A program made the translations under genes and the position numbers. From Candidatus Latescibacterota bacterium (GTDB lineage Bacteria; Latescibacterota; CBDEFO01), in contig OZ252149.1 of the NCBI GenBank assembly GCA_965248755.1, forward strand, positions 3,968,001 to 4,032,000: 64,000 nucleotides of DNA, read 5' to 3'. The notes under the pieces are model-generated. The model was given only the letters and a program-made list of their open reading frames with translations. It made no database searches and had not been told where the DNA came from. This document shows, piece after piece, positions 9,191 to 18,330 of the stretch (position 1 is the stretch's first letter; the number at the start of each line of letters is the position of its first letter).

Positions 9191-9703
9191 TTACTCAGAA
9201 TTGCCGATCATAAGCACTGCTGCAGTGTGTGATGAATTTTCCGCCTTTTCAAAGGCGTCGGGTATCGTCCAGATGTCTTCATTACGGGCGAGTGTAGAAT
9301 AAGGGATGTCCCAGGCTTTCAGGGTGGGTTCCAGGAGGGTGGCTACGCTGTCGACGTATTTTCCGCCATCGGCCATAGATTTATAACCTCTGTAGCCTAT
9401 GATCATAACGAGTGGAATTTTCATGTTCAGGACGTTTCCTCTTATTCCGTCTCCCGATTCCAAGAAACCCGTATTTTGAATAATGACTATCGGCTTTTTG
9501 CCTCCTATATAAAGACCGGAGGCTATTGAGATGGCCTCTCCCTCTCTAGTAGCCGTAATCACATCAATATCATCGTCTTTCCAGAGAAGTTCATAAATCG
9601 CCCTAGACCCGTTATCCGGCACGCCGATCATATGCGTAACGCCCTGTTTCTTGAACTCTTCCACTATCAATCGAGCGCTGATCAAGAAGAAGACCCCTTT
9701 CAT
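9191..9703 (-). CDS. ThDP enzyme N-terminal (PYR) subunit, sulfopyruvate decarboxylase alpha (ComD)-like
   Basis: GVPD...TREGEAISIASGLYIGGKKP...IQNTG...IGYRG; true start may be a few codons internal. Confidence 0.8.
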   Translation of the reverse strand: MKGVFFLISARLIVEEFKKQGVTHMIGVPDNGSRAIYELLWKDDDIDVITATREGEAISIASGLYIGGKKPIVIIQNTGFLESGDGIRGNVLNMKIPLVMIIGYRGYKSMADGGKYVDSVATLLEPTLKAWDIPYSTLARNEDIWTIPDAFEKAENSSHTAAVLMIGNSE

Positions 9704-9745
9704 ATTGGTGCTCAGGACTCAAGCAAAGGCAGCTGTAAGCAGGCG

Positions 9746-9780
9746 AAAAATAGGCTGGGCGAACCTGCATGCCCAGCCTG
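9746..9780 (-). terminator. Rho-independent terminator after the aquaporin gene
   Basis: AGGCTGGGC/GCCCAGCCT stem with A5 on the plus strand (U5 on minus). Confidence 0.65.
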
Positions 9781-9808
9781 CATAGGCTAAATATAGATAG
9801 TTGCCTGT

Positions 9809-10525
9809 TTAATCCCTTGCGGCTTCCTCCTCTTTTTCCATGATTAAGCCATTATACAGAAGCGCGGCTACGGCGCCCCCTACGATAGGTCCTATCCAGT
9901 AGACCAGATGATTGACACCGTCCCAGTAGCCCCCAACCAAGGCTGGCCCGAACGCCCTGGCCGGATTCATCGCAGCTCCGGTTAAGCCACCACCCGCAAG
10001 GATGTCCATAGTGAGCACAAGACCTATCCCGAATCCGCCTAGCTTGGGTGCCCGTTTGTCAACTGCCGTCCCGAAGATCGCAAAGAGAAGCAGGAAGGTC
10101 AAAAAAGCCTCAATCATACAACCTCTCTTAAAGCCGATGTCGCTTGTAAGAGTGGGCGTTCCGAGCTTCGCCATTTCCATCACAAACATATTTCCGATCA
10201 TAAGCCCCTTAAAGGTCGATCTCACCGCGATTGCGCCTAAAGCCCCGCCTATCAGCTGAGATATGATGTACATTATCGCCGTTCCAGCACTGATTTTCCG
10301 GGTTATCAGCATTGCGATGGTCACGGCTGGGTTGATGTGTCCGCCTGAGATATTCATCGTCGCCGAGACGGCAATAGACAGTGCAAGACCGTGAGCGATG
10401 GCTATCCCAAGAAGACCTACTTCTCCTTTAGTATAGACGTCCATACAGATTGCCCCGGCTCCTATGAAGATCAGAGTGAACGTCCCGACTAACTCAGCCA
10501 GATAGGATTTCAAGCTGCTGTTCAT
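9809..10525 (-). CDS. MIP family aquaporin
   Basis: AELVGT, SGGHINPAVT and AMNPARAFGP (two NPA boxes). Confidence 0.96.
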   Translation of the reverse strand: MNSSLKSYLAELVGTFTLIFIGAGAICMDVYTKGEVGLLGIAIAHGLALSIAVSATMNISGGHINPAVTIAMLITRKISAGTAIMYIISQLIGGALGAIAVRSTFKGLMIGNMFVMEMAKLGTPTLTSDIGFKRGCMIEAFLTFLLLFAIFGTAVDKRAPKLGGFGIGLVLTMDILAGGGLTGAAMNPARAFGPALVGGYWDGVNHLVYWIGPIVGGAVAALLYNGLIMEKEEEAARD

Positions 10526-10548
10526 CTTGATTTCTCTCCCTCATCAGT

Positions 10549-10591
10549 GTAAAGCGTGAAAGACACACAGAGGCGGTCTTCCACGCTTTAC
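10549..10591 (-). terminator. Stem-loop between sod and aquaporin (terminator or mRNA-stabilising hairpin)
   Basis: GTAAAGCGTG...CACGCTTTAC inverted repeat; no clear U tract. Confidence 0.5.
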
Positions 10592-10609
10592 GCTATTGGC
10601 TAATAGTCT

Positions 10610-11224
10610 TTATCCCATCGCCTGTTTGTAGTTCTCAGCCACCTGGTCCCAGTTGACCACGTTCCACCAGGCGGAGATATAGTCAGGGCGCCGATTCTGG
10701 TAGTTCAGATAATAGGCGTGCTCCCATACATCCAGACCCAGAATGGGCGTGCGCCCTTCTGAGAGCGGGCTATCCTGGTTCGGAGTTGATTCGACGATCA
10801 ACGTGCCCGATCCGTCAACTGAGAGCCAGGCCCATCCGCTGCCGAAGCGAGTTGCACCTGCGGTTGATAGTTTCTCCTTGAACGAGGCGAAGGAGCCCAA
10901 AGTGCTGTTGATGGCTCCTGCCAGTTCACCGGAGGGGTCTCCGCCGCCGTCCCCGCTCATAAGGGGCCAGAACAGACTGTGGTTAGCGTGTCCTCCGCCG
11001 TTGTTTCTCACAGCCGTACGGATGCCCTCAGGGACGCTGTCGAGGGAGCTGATCAACTCCTCAATGCTCTTGCCCTGAAGGTCTGCGTTGCCCTCAAGTG
11101 CCTTGTTGAGGTTGGTCACGTAGGCGTTGTGATGTTTGCCGTGATGGATCTCCATCGTCCGAGCGTCGATGTGCGGCTCCAACGCACCGAAATCGTAAGG
11201 CAGAGCCGGTAATTCGTGTGGCAT
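10610..11224 (-). CDS. sodA: Superoxide dismutase, Mn/Fe family (Mn-type signature)
   Basis: [37 protein letters not shown]. Confidence 0.96.
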   Translation of the reverse strand: MPHELPALPYDFGALEPHIDARTMEIHHGKHHNAYVTNLNKALEGNADLQGKSIEELISSLDSVPEGIRTAVRNNGGGHANHSLFWPLMSGDGGGDPSGELAGAINSTLGSFASFKEKLSTAGATRFGSGWAWLSVDGSGTLIVESTPNQDSPLSEGRTPILGLDVWEHAYYLNYQNRRPDYISAWWNVVNWDQVAENYKQAMG

Positions 11225-11350
11225 ATACGTCCTCCTTTATGTCATGGTTTGTATTGGTGATGGACGAACTCTATTGATATATCAGCAACTTGACTTCCTC
11301 TTATTCTTCGCCAGCATTTAGGTGTTTTAACTTCAGATTCTTCGCCAGAC

Positions 11351-11723
11351 CTAACCGAAATGGGAACAGAGTCCGTAAAATTCCACGCGGCTGTCATCTA
11401 CTCTGAACGCCGTCTTCACCTGTCCCGAGCGCTCCAGCGTCATCCAGCTGAGACGGCGGGAGGTCCACATCGACTATATCACCGCAACTGACGCAGACGG
11501 CATGGTGGTGTTCGGCCATATTGCCGTCGTAGCGAGCAGTGCGATCACCCCGGTTCAGCTCCCTTACAAGGTTGTTCTCCTTGAGGGATCGCAAGTTCCC
11601 GTAAACCGTTCCAAAACTTATGTTGGGCATCTTCTCCTTTACTCGCGCATATATATCTGCCGCGCGGGGATGATCCCGGGATCTTTGTGCCTCCTCCAAT
11701 ATAAGATTTCTCTGCCTGGTCAG
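11351..11723 (-). pseudogene. Fur/PerR-family repressor with a frameshift near the C-terminus (possibly an assembly error)
   Basis: TRQRNLILE...DHPRAADIY...ISFGTVYGNL...HHHAVCVSCG; the expected tail FRVDDSRVEFYGLCSH is in another frame ending at 11351; AAGGAGG precedes a CTG at 11723. Confidence 0.75.
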
Positions 11724-11811
11724 CCTCTGACCCTCCTTGTTCAGTTTAATTTTAAGAGTATTCTTATCAATCGCTTAATTCGGCCCCCATTAAATGGTAC
11801 CAATGGTTGAT

Positions 11812-11840
11812 AATATATGCCGACAGGAAAGACATGTCAA
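11812..11840 (-). promoter_or_regulatory. sigma70-type promoter for fur/perR
   Basis: Minus strand TTGACA-N17-TATATT. Confidence 0.6.
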
Positions 11841-12220
11841 GTGATTTTTTCTTTCCATAAAGTTATAGATAAAGATTGCGAAAGGGCAAAAGAATATCTC
11901 TTTTTTTCTCAGCCTTCTATTATTCTACAGAACAATTTCCACGAGCTAAAGGTTACCTGAATGGCGGTAGGATCATACATCAGATTAAGTGTGAATTGCG
12001 GCAAGATCAAAGTCACAGACTAAAAGAGAGCCACCGTCACAGGCACTTTGCTCTTTCCTGGCTCCAGCTCATGCTTCCAGCAAAGTTCCCAAGGTGCGTC
12101 GCAAATACTTTTGTGCTTGACTGAGATGCAGCTTTTATTTATCTTTCACTCAGCCGCTCTTTTCGAGCTGCTGCAGTAAGCAGGCCTGCATTGGGAATTT
12201 TGATCACATAAGGAGGTGAA

Positions 12221-13579
12221 ATGGCAAAAGAGGCTGTGGAACTCGCTGTCAAAGAGCCACCTGTGGGATTGCTAGGAACCCTGCGCAATATCGGCCCGGG
12301 AATCGTCATATCTGGCTCGGTGATAGGCTCAGGTGAGTTGATCGTCACAACCACGATGGGAGCAAGGCACGGATTCGTATTCCTGTGGGCTGTGATCATC
12401 TGCTGCGTGATTAAATATTTCATACAGATAGAATTAGGAAGATATTGCCTGATCAACAACTGCACCACCATTCAGGCTCTGAACAAGGTCCCCGGACCCA
12501 AATTTCGCGGGACCTCATGGATTGTGCTGATCATCTTTGTCGGTATTGCGTTGACTATGGTAGCGCTGGCGGGGATCTTAGGCTCCGTTGTGGGATTATT
12601 TATGACGATATTCCCGAGAATCAGCGCGGAAGTCTGGGCAGGTATTATCTGTATCAGCATTATTGCGCTCCTTTTTCGCGGACTCTACAGCGACATAGAA
12701 AAGTTCGTCATCTCCCTTGTGGCCGGATTCTCGCTTGTCGTCATCTCCTTGCTATTTCTCATCCAGGGGACAGAGTACTCGATCTCCCTTGCCCAACTTA
12801 AGAGTGGCCTTCTATTCAAGATGCCCGAAGGTGGCGGCGTAATAGCCATAAGCCTGATGGGAGCTGTGGGGATAACGGCTATCGAACTGTTCATGTATCC
12901 CTACTGGATTTTGGAGAAGGGCTATGCAAGTTTTATCGGCGGGAAGCACCACTACGATAACGATAGGGACGGATGGATAAGGAGGAGTAAAGGCTGGATT
13001 GGCGTGATGAGAGCAGATGCTCTGATCTGCACAGGACTGGCTACAGTCATAACCTTCGCATATTATGTGATAGGTGCGGCTGTCCTGCACGGGTTAAAGG
13101 TGCTCCCAGAGGGAATGGACGTGGTGAGGGACATCTCCAGCATATTCACCGAAACCTACGGCAAATGGGCTTACTGGCTCTTTACGTTTGGAGCATTTTG
13201 CACTCTGTACTCCACCCTCACAGTCTGCACGGCAGCGGTGGGAAGGATGTGGACAGACCTGTCCGCAAGCTTGGGATTTACCGTGTGGGATGACGAAAAG
13301 GCACGATTCAAATGGATCAGATTTTTCCAGGTGTTCTTTCTCCTCCTGTGGCTGGGATTTTCCCTGGGCATCCCCCGACCTGTCATGCTCATCGTGTTCG
13401 GCGCATCAGCAAATGGCTTGAACCTTGCCGTTTTTGCCGTCGGAGTCCTTCTCATTGTCAGAAAAGTCGATAAAGTCGATAGAGAAGTGGCGATGGGCAG
13501 GTTTTCCAACTTTATGCTTACCTTCACTACCGCGATCACCTTTATCTATTTTATCTATATCATTTTGCCAGTACTGTGA
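12221..13579 (+). CDS. Nramp-family (MntH-related) divalent metal transporter
   Basis: IGPGIVISGSVIGSGELI, KYFIQIELGRY, about 11 hydrophobic segments. Confidence 0.82.
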   Translation: MAKEAVELAVKEPPVGLLGTLRNIGPGIVISGSVIGSGELIVTTTMGARHGFVFLWAVIICCVIKYFIQIELGRYCLINNCTTIQALNKVPGPKFRGTSWIVLIIFVGIALTMVALAGILGSVVGLFMTIFPRISAEVWAGIICISIIALLFRGLYSDIEKFVISLVAGFSLVVISLLFLIQGTEYSISLAQLKSGLLFKMPEGGGVIAISLMGAVGITAIELFMYPYWILEKGYASFIGGKHHYDNDRDGWIRRSKGWIGVMRADALICTGLATVITFAYYVIGAAVLHGLKVLPEGMDVVRDISSIFTETYGKWAYWLFTFGAFCTLYSTLTVCTAAVGRMWTDLSASLGFTVWDDEKARFKWIRFFQVFFLLLWLGFSLGIPRPVMLIVFGASANGLNLAVFAVGVLLIVRKVDKVDREVAMGRFSNFMLTFTTAITFIYFIYIILPVL

Positions 13580-13774
13580 TCACCTTTATCTATTTTATTT
13601 ATCATTTCAGCCTTGTAGTGGTAAACCAATAGTAAGGCGCCTTTTCTCCCAAGAATCTCTTCGATACTCCTGGCTCAAAGTTGGATTCGACAACTACAGG
13701 CAATGTTATTATATTCAAATAGAATCAGAGATTATTAGACAGGTAGGTACTTTCTCTCATGTCACCAGAATGGT

Positions 13775-13905
13775 CCTGGCTCCGCGTCCCCTTCGGGGTC
13801 GGGGCGAGTGCCCCCTCGCGATGACAGGAGGTAAGAGTAGACAGTGTCATTACGAGCCCCCTCGATTGAATCTATCGGGGGTTAAATCGGGGGAGCGAAG
13901 CCATC
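13775..13905. repeat. GC-rich palindromic (REP-like) intergenic element
   Basis: CTCGCGATGACA (13815-13826) / TGTCATTACGAG (13845-13856) inverted pair, extra hairpins and a GCGAAGCCATC motif. Confidence 0.5.
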
Positions 13906-13974
13906 TGACTCGTTGTAGGGGGATGGGTGGGATTGCCCAGTATTCTGACTACTGTCTGCTCGGTCGAGAGGGAT

Positions 13975-15039
13975 ATGCTCAATAGACTTGAAAAGTACAG
14001 CAAAAATATTCTACAGAGCATCACCGAAGGGATAGTTGCGTTCGGTTCGGACAGGACAGTCCTTGCTGCTAACAGATGTTTTCTGGAGATGCTGAAAAAG
14101 ACAAAAACGGGGGTTTTAGGGCAATCCTACACAACCGTCTTTGAGGGAGTGCCTGATCTTATAAACGTTTTACATGACGCCTTCAAAAAGGCTCGATTCC
14201 CGGAAGACCGCGATATAGATTACTCCTTGCACGACGGAACTAGCAGACTCTTGAGGGTTAGTACGTCTCCCTTAAAGGACGAAGGAGACTCCGTCTTGGG
14301 GATAGTTATGATCCTCAAGGACATATCAGTTCTCAAGAGTGCTCAGCACTCGATGTTGCAGATAGAAAAGATGAACGCCTTGGGCAGGCTTGCAGTATCA
14401 ATCGCGCACGAAATCAGGAATCCCCTAAGCGCCATCGACATTCAACTACAGCTTTTGGAGGAGGACTTAGAACAAGAGGGTCCCTCGTTAAGAGAGAAGA
14501 TTTACGATCGAACGGGAATAGCCCAGGTTGAGATGAGAAGGCTGGACAATATCCTGAACAACTTCTTGCGCTTTTCCCGTCCCCCACAGTTGAAGCTTTC
14601 CTGTGTGAACCTTAACGATATTGTAGGACACGTGATAGCCTTGGTGACGCCTGAGGCGAAAGAAAGAGAGATTAAACTTGAGGCACAGCTCGACAAAGGA
14701 CTTCCCTATATAGAGGGAGACGAAGATCAACTCAGCCAGGCACTTTTGAATATAGTCATAAACTCCTTTCAGGCTATAGATGGCAAGGGTCATATATCTA
14801 TTAAAACAAAGTCCGCTTCCGGGGAGATTTTACTGGAAGTGTCCGACGACGGATGCGGGCTTCACCAGAAGGAACTTCCTAACATTTTTGAATTCTACTA
14901 CACGACAAAAGATGAAGGCACAGGATTGGGGTTGTCCATAGCCCAGAGGGCTATCCATCAGCATCAAGGTACAATCGAGGTAAAGAGCAAACCCGGGTCC
15001 GGGACAACCGTTGTGATCGCTATTCCAGTCAGGTCATAG
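13975..15039 (+). CDS. PAS-domain sensor histidine kinase (NtrB/AtoS-like)
   Basis: PAS region, H-box IAHEIRNPL, N-box QALLNIVINS, G-boxes DDGCG and GTGLGL. Confidence 0.95.
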   Translation: MLNRLEKYSKNILQSITEGIVAFGSDRTVLAANRCFLEMLKKTKTGVLGQSYTTVFEGVPDLINVLHDAFKKARFPEDRDIDYSLHDGTSRLLRVSTSPLKDEGDSVLGIVMILKDISVLKSAQHSMLQIEKMNALGRLAVSIAHEIRNPLSAIDIQLQLLEEDLEQEGPSLREKIYDRTGIAQVEMRRLDNILNNFLRFSRPPQLKLSCVNLNDIVGHVIALVTPEAKEREIKLEAQLDKGLPYIEGDEDQLSQALLNIVINSFQAIDGKGHISIKTKSASGEILLEVSDDGCGLHQKELPNIFEFYYTTKDEGTGLGLSIAQRAIHQHQGTIEVKSKPGSGTTVVIAIPVRS

Positions 15040-15042
15040 AAG

Positions 15043-16413
15043 ATGGAATCTGGAGTGGAAATACCTAACGTTAAGATATTGGTCGCGGACGACGAGTTCA
15101 ACATATCCAGTGGACTGAAAGAGGTGCTTCAGAAGAGCGGATACCTGGTCGATGTGGCATCTGATGGAAACAGGGGCGCCGAACTGGTCGAAAAGGAGCT
15201 TTACAACCTGGCCATCGTAGACCTCAAAATGCCAGGTCCTGGAGGGCTTGAAATCTTAAGGCGCATAAGAGAAAAGAGCCCGGACACCATAGTGATAATT
15301 ATCACAGCCTATGGGACTGTCTCCACAGCCGTAGATGCTATCAAAGGAGGAGCCTATGACTACATCACCAAGCCTGTGGATATTAAGCGTTTAAGGCTTA
15401 TCGTGGATCGTGCCCTGGAGCATCAGGCCCTCATCGCGGAGAATAAGGAGTTGCGCTCGCGTCTTGAAGGTGACGATTCCCTGGGCACCATCGTCGCCAG
15501 GAGCCAGGGGATGAGGAAAGTAACCGAGATCGTAAAACAGGTCGCTTTAAGTGATGTGCCTGTCCTGCTTCAGGGTGAAACGGGGACGGGGAAGGAACTT
15601 GTAGCTCGCTCGATCCATCAAAGAAGCCAGCACCGCAAGGGACCTTTCATTGCACTGAACTGCGGAGCCGTTCCGGACAATCTCTTTGAAAGTGAGCTTT
15701 TCGGGCATACAAAAGGGGCGTTTACTGGAGCCCACGCCGACAGACCCGGCAGGTTCCATATGGCACAGGGCGGCACCCTCTTTCTGGATGAAATAACTGA
15801 AATCCCCCTTCAAAACCAGGTGGACCTGTTGAGGGTGCTTGAAGAGAAGGAGTTTCAAGCCGTGGGAGGAACGGATACTATCAAGTCCGCTGTAAGGATT
15901 ATCTCTGCGACCAACAGAGATCTTCAAAAGGCAGTGGAGGATGGATCTTTCAGAGAAGACCTCTACTACCGCCTCAACGTTGTTCCCATAGAGCTCCCTC
16001 CGCTCCGAGATAGAAAGGAGGACATACCTGTCCTTATCGAATCCTTTCTGGAGCAGTTCTGTCACATACATAGACAGAGATCCAGACGTATCTGTTCCGA
16101 TGCGATGAGAGCCCTTATCGACTACCGGTGGCCCGGAAATGTCCGTGAGCTTAAGAACACTGTCGAAAGGATAGTCGTAACGTCTTCAGAGCAGGAGATA
16201 AAGCCCGAACATCTCCCTCTTCAGATACAATCGGCACGTGAACCTTCTCGTTCCTTCACAGTGGGATTAGGCATCTCTATCCAGGAGATGGAAAAAAGAC
16301 TCATCCGCGAGACGCTCACCCACGTCAGTTCCAACCGCAAGCAGGCTGCATCTGCCCTCGGAATCAGCCTGCGCACACTCCAGTACAAACTTAAAGAGTA
16401 CAAGCTCCTTTAG
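15043..16413 (+). CDS. sigma54-dependent response regulator (NtrC/AtoC family)
   Basis: Receiver [34 protein letters not shown]-terminal Fis HTH. Confidence 0.97.
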   Translation: MESGVEIPNVKILVADDEFNISSGLKEVLQKSGYLVDVASDGNRGAELVEKELYNLAIVDLKMPGPGGLEILRRIREKSPDTIVIIITAYGTVSTAVDAIKGGAYDYITKPVDIKRLRLIVDRALEHQALIAENKELRSRLEGDDSLGTIVARSQGMRKVTEIVKQVALSDVPVLLQGETGTGKELVARSIHQRSQHRKGPFIALNCGAVPDNLFESELFGHTKGAFTGAHADRPGRFHMAQGGTLFLDEITEIPLQNQVDLLRVLEEKEFQAVGGTDTIKSAVRIISATNRDLQKAVEDGSFREDLYYRLNVVPIELPPLRDRKEDIPVLIESFLEQFCHIHRQRSRRICSDAMRALIDYRWPGNVRELKNTVERIVVTSSEQEIKPEHLPLQIQSAREPSRSFTVGLGISIQEMEKRLIRETLTHVSSNRKQAASALGISLRTLQYKLKEYKLL

Positions 16414-16531
16414 ATAGCGTAATCTTCTAATTCCCTATTTCTTGGTTCTTCAAGAAAGTTCTTCGATGCTTTTTGAGACCTTTATGCTTTCAGCTATCTG
16501 ATAAAGGCTCATGCAGCTATAACTTGTCGGT

Positions 16532-17923
16532 ATGGCATCCAACCGTTCTCACAAATCATCCGCGGCATCCCAGGGCGCCTTCTGGAATCACCTTTTTGCT
16601 CCAGTTGATATCGCCTCCCTCGTTTACTTCCGTATCGCCTTTGGTGTGATCATGCTCTGGGAGGTGTATCGCTACTTCGATCATGGCTGGATCCATCGCT
16701 ACTTCATTGACCCGACCTTTTACTTCAAGTACTATGGTTTTGAATGGATACGACCGTTGCCTGGCCACGGCATGTATCTGCACTTCTTAGCCCTGGCTGC
16801 ACTCGCCATCTGTATCGCCCTTGGCCTCTGGTACCGTATCAGTGCCACTCTCTTTTTCGTAGGATTCACCTACATCTTCCTGTTAGATCAGGCGAACTAT
16901 CTAAACCATTTTTATCTGATTAGCCTGATCAGCCTGCTGCTGATCTTCGTGCCTGCGCATCTCTCTCTCTCGATCGATTCGGTTCGACGCCCAAAGATCC
17001 ATTCTAACACCGCACCGGCATGGGCGCTGTGGCTGCTTCAAGCGCAGATCGGTATCGCTTATTTCTACGGTGGTCTGGCGAAGTTGAACGATGATTGGCT
17101 ACATGGCGAGCCGATGCGGATGTGGCTGGCTGCACGCACTAGTTTTCCCATAATCGGCCCGCACTTCACCGAGGAATGGATGGTCTACCTATTCAGCTAC
17201 GGTGGTCTGCTACTCGATCTATTGATTGTCCCTTTGCTTCTATGGCAGCGAACACGCGTCTTTGGATTCGCTGCAGCTGTTGCGTTTCACCTGCTAAATG
17301 CAAAGCTCTTTAGGATAGGAATCTTCCCATGGTTCATGATTGCCGCAACAACGCTGTTCTTCTCTCCGGACTGGCCGCGTCTTGGCGGTCGGTGGTGGAC
17401 GGTCAAAAAGCATGAAGACCGTCAGCGGACTGCTACGGCCTTCCTGAGTTCTGGACAGAGCGCCACAGTCGTACTGCTGGGGATCTATCTTGCACTACAA
17501 CTCTTGGTACCGCTGCGCCACTTCCTCTATCCTGGGTATGTGGGCTGGACGGAGGAGGGACACCGCTTTGCATGGCACATGAAGCTGCGCACCAAGAAAG
17601 TTAAGGCAAGGTTCTTTGCAACCGATCCGGTGAATCATACAACCTGGAAGGTCAATCCAAAGAATTACCTGACTCGGCGGCAGCGGAAGAAGATGCCTAA
17701 ACGACCAGATATGATCCTGCAGTTCTGCCAGTACATTGCCAGTGAACTGCGCAAGGAGGGCTACGATCAGATCGAGGTTCGAGCGAGGGTCTTGGCTTCT
17801 CTGAACGGGCGCAAACACCAGTTACTAATCGATCCGACGGTTAATCTGGCTTCGAAACCGCGCACGCTGATGTCAGAACCATGGATCGTGCCCCTGATAG
17901 AACCACTACCAACGCAAGAATAG
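16532..17923 (+). CDS. HTTM-domain, vitamin K-dependent gamma-carboxylase-like membrane protein
   Basis: FRIAFG, YLNHFYL, YFYGGLAKLNDDWLHG, IGIFPW, WTEEGHRFAWHMKL, PDMILQF, SLNGR...IDP. Confidence 0.92.
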   Translation: MASNRSHKSSAASQGAFWNHLFAPVDIASLVYFRIAFGVIMLWEVYRYFDHGWIHRYFIDPTFYFKYYGFEWIRPLPGHGMYLHFLALAALAICIALGLWYRISATLFFVGFTYIFLLDQANYLNHFYLISLISLLLIFVPAHLSLSIDSVRRPKIHSNTAPAWALWLLQAQIGIAYFYGGLAKLNDDWLHGEPMRMWLAARTSFPIIGPHFTEEWMVYLFSYGGLLLDLLIVPLLLWQRTRVFGFAAAVAFHLLNAKLFRIGIFPWFMIAATTLFFSPDWPRLGGRWWTVKKHEDRQRTATAFLSSGQSATVVLLGIYLALQLLVPLRHFLYPGYVGWTEEGHRFAWHMKLRTKKVKARFFATDPVNHTTWKVNPKNYLTRRQRKKMPKRPDMILQFCQYIASELRKEGYDQIEVRARVLASLNGRKHQLLIDPTVNLASKPRTLMSEPWIVPLIEPLPTQE

Positions 17924-18086
17924 GACCGAAAGAGCGACAGAAAGTGTGGGAGAACCATCAGTTTGGAATGAGAGCCTCGAAGACAAGGCTGAACCCGGAT
18001 GAGCCGCGAAGTATCTTTGGAGACGATTTTCAGATATTCTCAGAAAATACAAACTTTCCGAATCATAGTGGGCTGAGAGGTTTTCC

Positions 18087-18115
18087 TTGACACCTAACAA
18101 TGTTCTTTGTATTGT
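18087..18115 (+). promoter_or_regulatory. sigma70-type promoter upstream of the poly-Asp gene
   Basis: TTGACA-N17-TATTGT. Confidence 0.55.
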
Positions 18116-18330
18116 TGTATCAAATGTTCAGTGTCCACAAAGCCATCCACGTATAAGATAGTCAATATTTGTAGATCCTAAAGGCGGTTCAACCTTTTTT
18201 AAATTTTCCACAAAGCGTGATTGTAGTCACAGACAGGAAGTTTGTCCATCATTATCTTTTGTTATGATTTCTGACAACTTAGTTTATAGTTGGCGAATAT
18301 TCTTGTCTACCGAGGAGGTGTGATCAACCT

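Noticed and set aside
11876..12200. Riboswitch (e.g. yybP-ykoY) or small ORF ahead of the Nramp-like gene
   Set aside because: No recognisable consensus by eye; the 82-aa ORF has no RBS or motif; needs an Rfam search
18290..18308. sigma54 promoter before the poly-Asp gene (TTGGCGAATATTCTTGT)
   Set aside because: Lacks the GC at the required GG-N10-GC spacing
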